DNA of 64,000 bases from Treponemataceae bacterium. GTDB taxonomy: Bacteria; Spirochaetota; Spirochaetia; Treponematales; Rectinemataceae. The stretch lies in contig CAXXVZ010000002.1 in NCBI GenBank assembly GCA_963678065.2, forward strand, positions 384,001-448,000, in the 5' to 3' direction. The notes under the pieces are model-generated. The model saw only the letters and a program-made list of their open reading frames with translations, was not told where the DNA came from and did no database searches. How positions within the stretch are numbered: the first letter of the stretch is position 1; each line of letters starts with the position of its first letter. Shown piece by piece: positions 59,254-64,000 of this stretch. A program made the position numbers and the translations under genes.

Positions 59254-60173
59254 TCTTCGTCTCCCAGGATGCGCGGGACAAGCAGCATGATGAATATGAC
59301 AATCAATGGTGTCGTGATGAGTGAGACCGCCATCGCGTACCCGAAGCGGCTGCCCAGAAAACTGAGCTGATAGGCGTAGGTGACGAAGATGTGGGTGCTG
59401 AAGCTTGGTCCCCCGCCGGTCATCACCCACAGGAGTTCGAAGTCATTGAATGTCCATATTGTCGAAAGGATGACCACAATCAGAACGACCGGACGCACGC
59501 CTGGTATCGTGATAGCGCGCAAGCGCTGCAAGGCCGATGCGCCATCGATCTCGGCTGCCTCGTAGAGCTCGTTGGAGATGGACTGCATCGCGGCGAGAAT
59601 CGTGATCATGAAGAAGGGAAAGCCTCGCCAGATATTGGCGAAGATGACGGCTCCCCGCGCCAGGACCTTTTCCGCGAGCCATGCGGGAGGGATCTTCATC
59701 AGGCCGGTCTTCTGGATGATGAAGTTGAGGACGCCGCCCGTCTGGTCGAACATCCAGCGGAACATCAATCCGACGACCAGGGTCGGTATTATCCAGGGGA
59801 TCATCATCCAGCCGCGGAAGAACCTCTGTCCAACCACCTGCTCGTTGAGGAAGAGCGCCGCGATGAACCCAAGCAAGACCTTGAAAACCACGGAGGCCGC
59901 GGCGTAGAGGATCGTATTGAACAGAACTTCGGCGAAGGCGCGGTCCTTGGTCAGCAATTCGACGTAGTTCCCGAGGCCGATGTATTTTCCGGGGCTTCCC
60001 ACGATCTTCGACTGCAAACTGCCGATGACCGAGTATCCGATGGGGTACAGCAGCAGGCAGGCGAGCACGAGGACGAGGGGGGTTATGTACAGTAATCCCG
60101 CAGTGGATTGTTCGTAACGCCTTCCCTGACTGGCGCCTGATCTATTTCGCAAGGATTGGAACAGCATCGGCAT
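59250..60173 (-). CDS. Carbohydrate ABC permease (MalF-like)
   Basis: GLGNY, WRGFPF, YEAAEIDGA; start uncertain. Confidence 0.9.
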   Translation of the reverse strand: MPMLFQSLRNRSGASQGRRYEQSTAGLLYITPLVLVLACLLLYPIGYSVIGSLQSKIVGSPGKYIGLGNYVELLTKDRAFAEVLFNTILYAAASVVFKVLLGFIAALFLNEQVVGQRFFRGWMMIPWIIPTLVVGLMFRWMFDQTGGVLNFIIQKTGLMKIPPAWLAEKVLARGAVIFANIWRGFPFFMITILAAMQSISNELYEAAEIDGASALQRLRAITIPGVRPVVLIVVILSTIWTFNDFELLWVMTGGGPSFSTHIFVTYAYQLSFLGSRFGYAMAVSLITTPLIVIFIMLLVPRILGDEE

Positions 60174-60267
60174 ATCACTCCCTAATGGTGGCACAGGAAC
60201 TTTCGAAAAGGCCGGATCAGGCCCCCGCGGAGGGTTCGTGGGAAACGCCTCCGGAGGGCCCCGGGCG

Positions 60268-61563
60268 TTATTGAAGCGATGTCTGGATGCGTTTGAGCGT
60301 CTCGACAGCCTCGCCGATCGCCTGGTCCGCGGTCCACTTGTCGCTCAGGACGCGAACCATCATCTTCGCCAGGACCAGCTGCTTGAACTCTTCCAGCGCC
60401 AGGGCCGTGACCGGCCCCGGGTAGCCGGGGTAGTAGACGTAGGGTGCCGAATCGGCGAGCGGCTTGAGCGAGCGATCCTGCCAGATCGGGAGCTTGGTGA
60501 GGTCGATGTACACCGGCACGCGGAATCCGCTCATCGCGGTGAGGAGCTCCTCCTGATTGTCCTTCCCGCTGAGATTCCGGACAAGGTCCTTGGCCAGGTC
60601 GGGGTACTTGGTGGTGCCGGGAATGAAAAGGACCCACACATCGCCCTGGATGAAACGGCCTGCCGGGCCCGCCGGGAAAAGCTTGAATACGGAGTTGCCG
60701 AACAGCGTGGGGTCGTTGGCCTTGAGCCAGACCGCGACACTGCCGGTGTTCTCGATGAATCCGACCTTCCCGGTCTGGTATGCATTGTTGTTCCCCGCGT
60801 CGTCCCAGGTGATCACATCCTTCGGGAACACGCCGTCCACGTACGCGTCCTTGATGAGCTTGATCGCCGCACGGGTCTGCGGGGAATCCAGGACTATGCT
60901 CTTGCCGTCTTTACTGAAAACCGCTCCGCCGTAGGACAGGATCATGGCCTGGTTGTGGCGTTCCGCGTCGTAGGCCGTGGCCGAAACCTGGTGCCCCAAG
61001 CCCCAGACAGTGGGCGGATTGTTGATGGCCCTGGCCGCCTTGATCAGGTCATCCCAGGTGTCCGGAACGGCGATGCCCTTGGCGTCCAGGAGGTCCTTGC
61101 GGACGTAGGACATCTCGGAGCTGCCGAGGAAGGGGACGGCCGTGAACTTCCCCTCGGGGGTCGTGACCGCGGCGATCGCCCCTTTGGCGAAGCCGCCCAT
61201 GTTGCCGTTGAGTTCCTTGGCGAGGTCGGTCACATCCTGCACGAGGTTGGCGCGCAGGAGCTTCGGCAGCCATGAGATGTTGATGAGCATGACATCCGGC
61301 AGGGTCTTGCTCTCGATCGCCGCATCGATGCGGGGATACATGATCTTGTCCGAGTTCTGCGAATACTCGAGATCCACTCCCTTGGACTGGGCCCATTCGA
61401 GGGCATAGGACTTGAGCAGTCCTTCCGTGGCCTTGACCAGGAAGGGGTGGTCGACCCACATGCGCATCTTGGGTCGAGTCGTCTGCGCGGTGACAGAGAG
61501 CGCCGTCACGAGGACGAGCAGACTCAGCAGACACATTTTCTTGACACTCGTAATCCTCATCAT
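60268..61563 (-). CDS. Carbohydrate ABC substrate-binding protein
   Basis: Signal peptide, LPDV, RKDLL, PDTWDDL, WDDAGNNNAY, PAGPAG. Confidence 0.9.
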   Translation of the reverse strand: MMRITSVKKMCLLSLLVLVTALSVTAQTTRPKMRMWVDHPFLVKATEGLLKSYALEWAQSKGVDLEYSQNSDKIMYPRIDAAIESKTLPDVMLINISWLPKLLRANLVQDVTDLAKELNGNMGGFAKGAIAAVTTPEGKFTAVPFLGSSEMSYVRKDLLDAKGIAVPDTWDDLIKAARAINNPPTVWGLGHQVSATAYDAERHNQAMILSYGGAVFSKDGKSIVLDSPQTRAAIKLIKDAYVDGVFPKDVITWDDAGNNNAYQTGKVGFIENTGSVAVWLKANDPTLFGNSVFKLFPAGPAGRFIQGDVWVLFIPGTTKYPDLAKDLVRNLSGKDNQEELLTAMSGFRVPVYIDLTKLPIWQDRSLKPLADSAPYVYYPGYPGPVTALALEEFKQLVLAKMMVRVLSDKWTADQAIGEAVETLKRIQTSLQ

Positions 61564-61623
61564 CCTCAACCTCCTCTAAAGATCAATCGAAAACCGGGCC
61601 ACCCGGGCCGCGGTGAGACATCC

Positions 61624-62733
61624 TCAGTAAGTTCCGATTTCCAGACCCCGCTCGACGAAATGACGGTAGGTTGCGTACTCGACCTTATGGCTCACGCTGT
61701 GGTCGCTCTGCAGCACATACCCGCTGCCCGCCATGGCCGCCGGAAGCTTTTTCTCCAGCTCGGCATCGACCAGCGCGAGGTCGTTCGTTTCCAGGACCCT
61801 TTCGTCCATCCCTCCGATCAGGGCTATCTTTTCGCCGAAATTGCGCTTGATCCTCACGAGGTCCATGCCCGCTTTGACCTCGATGGGTTGGAGGCAATTG
61901 ATACCTGCCTCGATGAGATGCGGGATGAGCGCCTCGACGAAGCCGTCGCAGTGCAGGACGACAGGCAGGCCGCGGCTGTGGGCGAAATCGAAAAGTCGCT
62001 TGTGGGCGGGAAAGATAATCTCTCTATACATGTGCGGGGACATGAACGGAGTGCCCTTGTAGCCGAGATCATCCCAGACCCAGAGCCCATCCGGCAGGCC
62101 TTCTCTTTCGAATAGTATTTCCAGCAACTTGATCGTCACTTCGGCGAAAGTCAAAGCCATCTCGCTCACCCACTCGCCATCGAGGGCCATACCGGCGAGC
62201 AAGTGTTCGTGGCCGCACATCGGGGACATGAGATCGAAGGCTGCGATCGTACCGCAGTTGAAGAACAGGGAATCGCGCGCGCACTTCGCGCGCAGGTTCC
62301 GGTAGTGCTCGAAATCGATGCGCCGTTCGTAGCTCCGCTCGTCCCGCAGATGGGGCAGGATGAGCTCTTCCCAACTCTGACGATCCCTGACGGTGAAATC
62401 CACGTGCTCGGGAGCGCCCGAACCGTTTTTCAGCCAGCGCAGGTAGGCGCCATTCCCGTCCCGTATCAGCTTGACCGAATCATTCTCCTCGACGACGGTC
62501 TCGCCGGCATCGAGGTCGGCCATGAGATTCACCGCCTTCCACGACATCGGCGTGACTTCCCCGCCCGTCCGCCGGATGTCGAGCCCGAAATGGTCGCTCG
62601 CCGCATCCGGCCTTTCCAGATATCCCTGCTCTGTCCAAGCCTGAGCGGTTTCTCCCCAAAAGACCTCGAACAGGCCTATCCTGTCGACCGGTTCGTGCCT
62701 GAGTATCCGGGAGAATCTCTCCTTTCCGTCCAT
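61624..62733 (-). CDS. URO-D-fold protein
   Basis: EPVDRIG, WDDLGYK, LHCDG, QPIEVKAG, QSDHSV. Confidence 0.88.
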   Translation of the reverse strand: MDGKERFSRILRHEPVDRIGLFEVFWGETAQAWTEQGYLERPDAASDHFGLDIRRTGGEVTPMSWKAVNLMADLDAGETVVEENDSVKLIRDGNGAYLRWLKNGSGAPEHVDFTVRDRQSWEELILPHLRDERSYERRIDFEHYRNLRAKCARDSLFFNCGTIAAFDLMSPMCGHEHLLAGMALDGEWVSEMALTFAEVTIKLLEILFEREGLPDGLWVWDDLGYKGTPFMSPHMYREIIFPAHKRLFDFAHSRGLPVVLHCDGFVEALIPHLIEAGINCLQPIEVKAGMDLVRIKRNFGEKIALIGGMDERVLETNDLALVDAELEKKLPAAMAGSGYVLQSDHSVSHKVEYATYRHFVERGLEIGTY

Positions 62734-62793
62734 TTTCGACTCCTTGTCTTTTTCATGCGTTCCGGACTCACCATCCCGGCAGTCCCGTCCGCA

Positions 62794-63567
62794 TTACGAA
62801 CCTTTTTCCTTGGCGCCCCGAACCGCGGGTGTTTTTTCCGCCGGATTTGCCTGGCGTTCCGTGTCGTCGGTCTGTTGGGCTATGAGGGTGAGATTGGACT
62901 CCGATACCTCGATGTGGCGCGTCATCGCAGCGCGCGCGAGCTCCGGGTTTTTCTCCCTGAGCGCCTCGATAATGCGCATATGGCCATTCTTCGCCTCCTC
63001 GAGCGCACGGGCGGAATAGGCGTAGTCGAAGAGGTTGATCATGATGCTCTTGAGCGGCTGCAGGAGGGAACTGAAGAGCGGATTCCTGGTTACGCTCGCG
63101 ATGGTCTGGTGGAATTTGAAATCGAGCAGTGTCATCTTCTCCCGGACATGGAGGTTCGCCCTCATCTCACAGGCGATGTCCTCCAGGTTTTCGATGTCCT
63201 CTTTGGTCGCGCGAAGGGCCGCCAGCTCGCAGGCCTTGACCTCGAGAACGGATCGTATCTCGAAGTAATCCCTGATCGTCAAATCGTTCAGGACCATAAA
63301 GCGGTTCATCATGTCGCTGAGATCGGTCGGCTTGGGTTTGGTGATGTAGCTGCCGTCTCCGTTCTTCACCTCAAGCAGGCCGCGGGCTTTGACGTTGCGC
63401 AGGGCTTCCCGCATGATATTCCGGCTGACGCCGAACTGATCGGCCAGACTCTGTTCGGAAGGTAGTTTTTCCCCCACCTTGAGCCTGCCGCACAGGATGG
63501 CCTCTTCCAGCGAGGCTGCGACCATTTCGTGTTTGTTGTTGGTTTGAATCTTGGCAAAACTCGCCAT
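62794..63567 (-). CDS. FadR/GntR-family regulator
   Basis: KLPSEQSLADQFGVSRNIMREAL, DFKFH, FCD domain. Confidence 0.92.
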   Translation of the reverse strand: MASFAKIQTNNKHEMVAASLEEAILCGRLKVGEKLPSEQSLADQFGVSRNIMREALRNVKARGLLEVKNGDGSYITKPKPTDLSDMMNRFMVLNDLTIRDYFEIRSVLEVKACELAALRATKEDIENLEDIACEMRANLHVREKMTLLDFKFHQTIASVTRNPLFSSLLQPLKSIMINLFDYAYSARALEEAKNGHMRIIEALREKNPELARAAMTRHIEVSESNLTLIAQQTDDTERQANPAEKTPAVRGAKEKGS

Positions 63568-63586
63568 CCGATTCCCTCTCTTTGAA

Positions 63587-63612
63587 ACCTATAGACCTGT
63601 AGGATAGGTCAA
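63587..63612 (-). promoter_or_regulatory. Candidate FadR operator overlapping a TTGACC -35 element
   Basis: Overlapping inverted repeats ACCTAT-N11-ATAGGT and GACCT-N7-AGGTC just upstream of the regulator. Confidence 0.5.
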
Positions 63613-63730
63613 GCTACACCCGTTTTGCGTATCTGGCAAGAAGATTTTTTGGCTTTTCGGACTTTTCAGGATCGCAGCTGGATTTTTTATCGTGCGTAGA
63701 GAATACGTAAGCCGCCGGGATTGACGAGCC

Positions 63731-64000
63731 TCACGACACCTTGCCCGCCCGGGCTTCGCGAATGATGCCGATCATCTTACGCGCGTTTTCAGTGATGGCC
63801 GTGTAGTCCCTGGCCGCGATGAGTTCCTTGCCGACAATGATCCTGCCGACACCGACGGCGATGGCTCCAGCCTGAATGTAGGCGGCAGCCGTCTGGAAAT
63901 CGACGCCGTTCGTGGGCAGGATTTCCACCTGGGGGAGGGGTTCTTTGACCGCCTTGATGAAGTCGGGACCGCCGACGTTCTTCGCGGGGAAGAGCTTGAC
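63731..64000 (-). CDS. eda: KDPG aldolase paralog (5' end outside window)
   Basis: VKLFPAKNVGGPDFIKAVKEPLPQVEILPTNG, very similar to 54588-55253. Confidence 0.88.
   Translation of the reverse strand, partial: VKLFPAKNVGGPDFIKAVKEPLPQVEILPTNGVDFQTAAAYIQAGAIAVGVGRIIVGKELIAARDYTAITENARKMIGIIREARAGKVS

Noticed and set aside
1..64000. CRISPR array, tRNA, rRNA, cobalamin or other riboswitch
   Set aside because: No regularly spaced repeats or recognisable RNA signatures by eye; an Infernal/Rfam scan is needed to exclude them

Overview
High-GC (about 60-68%) chromosomal DNA from an anaerobic bacterium; protein styles suggest a free-living spirochaete, which is an inference. Left to right: (1) a lower-GC arsenic island (acr3, Cys-less rhodanese, arsC, cytidylate-kinase-like gene between two 344-bp direct repeats, decayed CopZ-like and lipase genes); (2) a sialic-acid-like operon (Opp-type ABC transporter, two NanA/DHDPS lyases, GntR, AGE epimerase) whose family-5 binding protein appears circularly permuted; (3) MtaA-type URO-D, Uma2, Fe-S protein, NUDIX, low-GC hisC, nucleoside ABC operon with LacI; (4) modF-like, ilvY / M14 hydrolase / ilvC; (5) SBP-OmpA + vWA + XpaC-like operon, tldD-pmbA, TetR + small membrane protein; (6) an aldehyde:ferredoxin oxidoreductase directly behind an intact IS1202/ISNCY-type transposase homolog that seems to lack all three DDE residues; (7) a sugar-acid catabolic island of about 21 kb with three sugar ABC systems, three URO-D-fold paralogs, two KdgK, two atypical Eda, a DHDPS-like lyase, an Ldh_2 dehydrogenase, an enolase-family dehydratase and FadR. 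No rRNA, tRNA or CRISPR array was recognised. All family calls come from motif recognition by eye, not database searches. Best novelty candidates: the dead transposase-AOR unit, the permuted SBP, and the URO-D/sugar-acid pathway.
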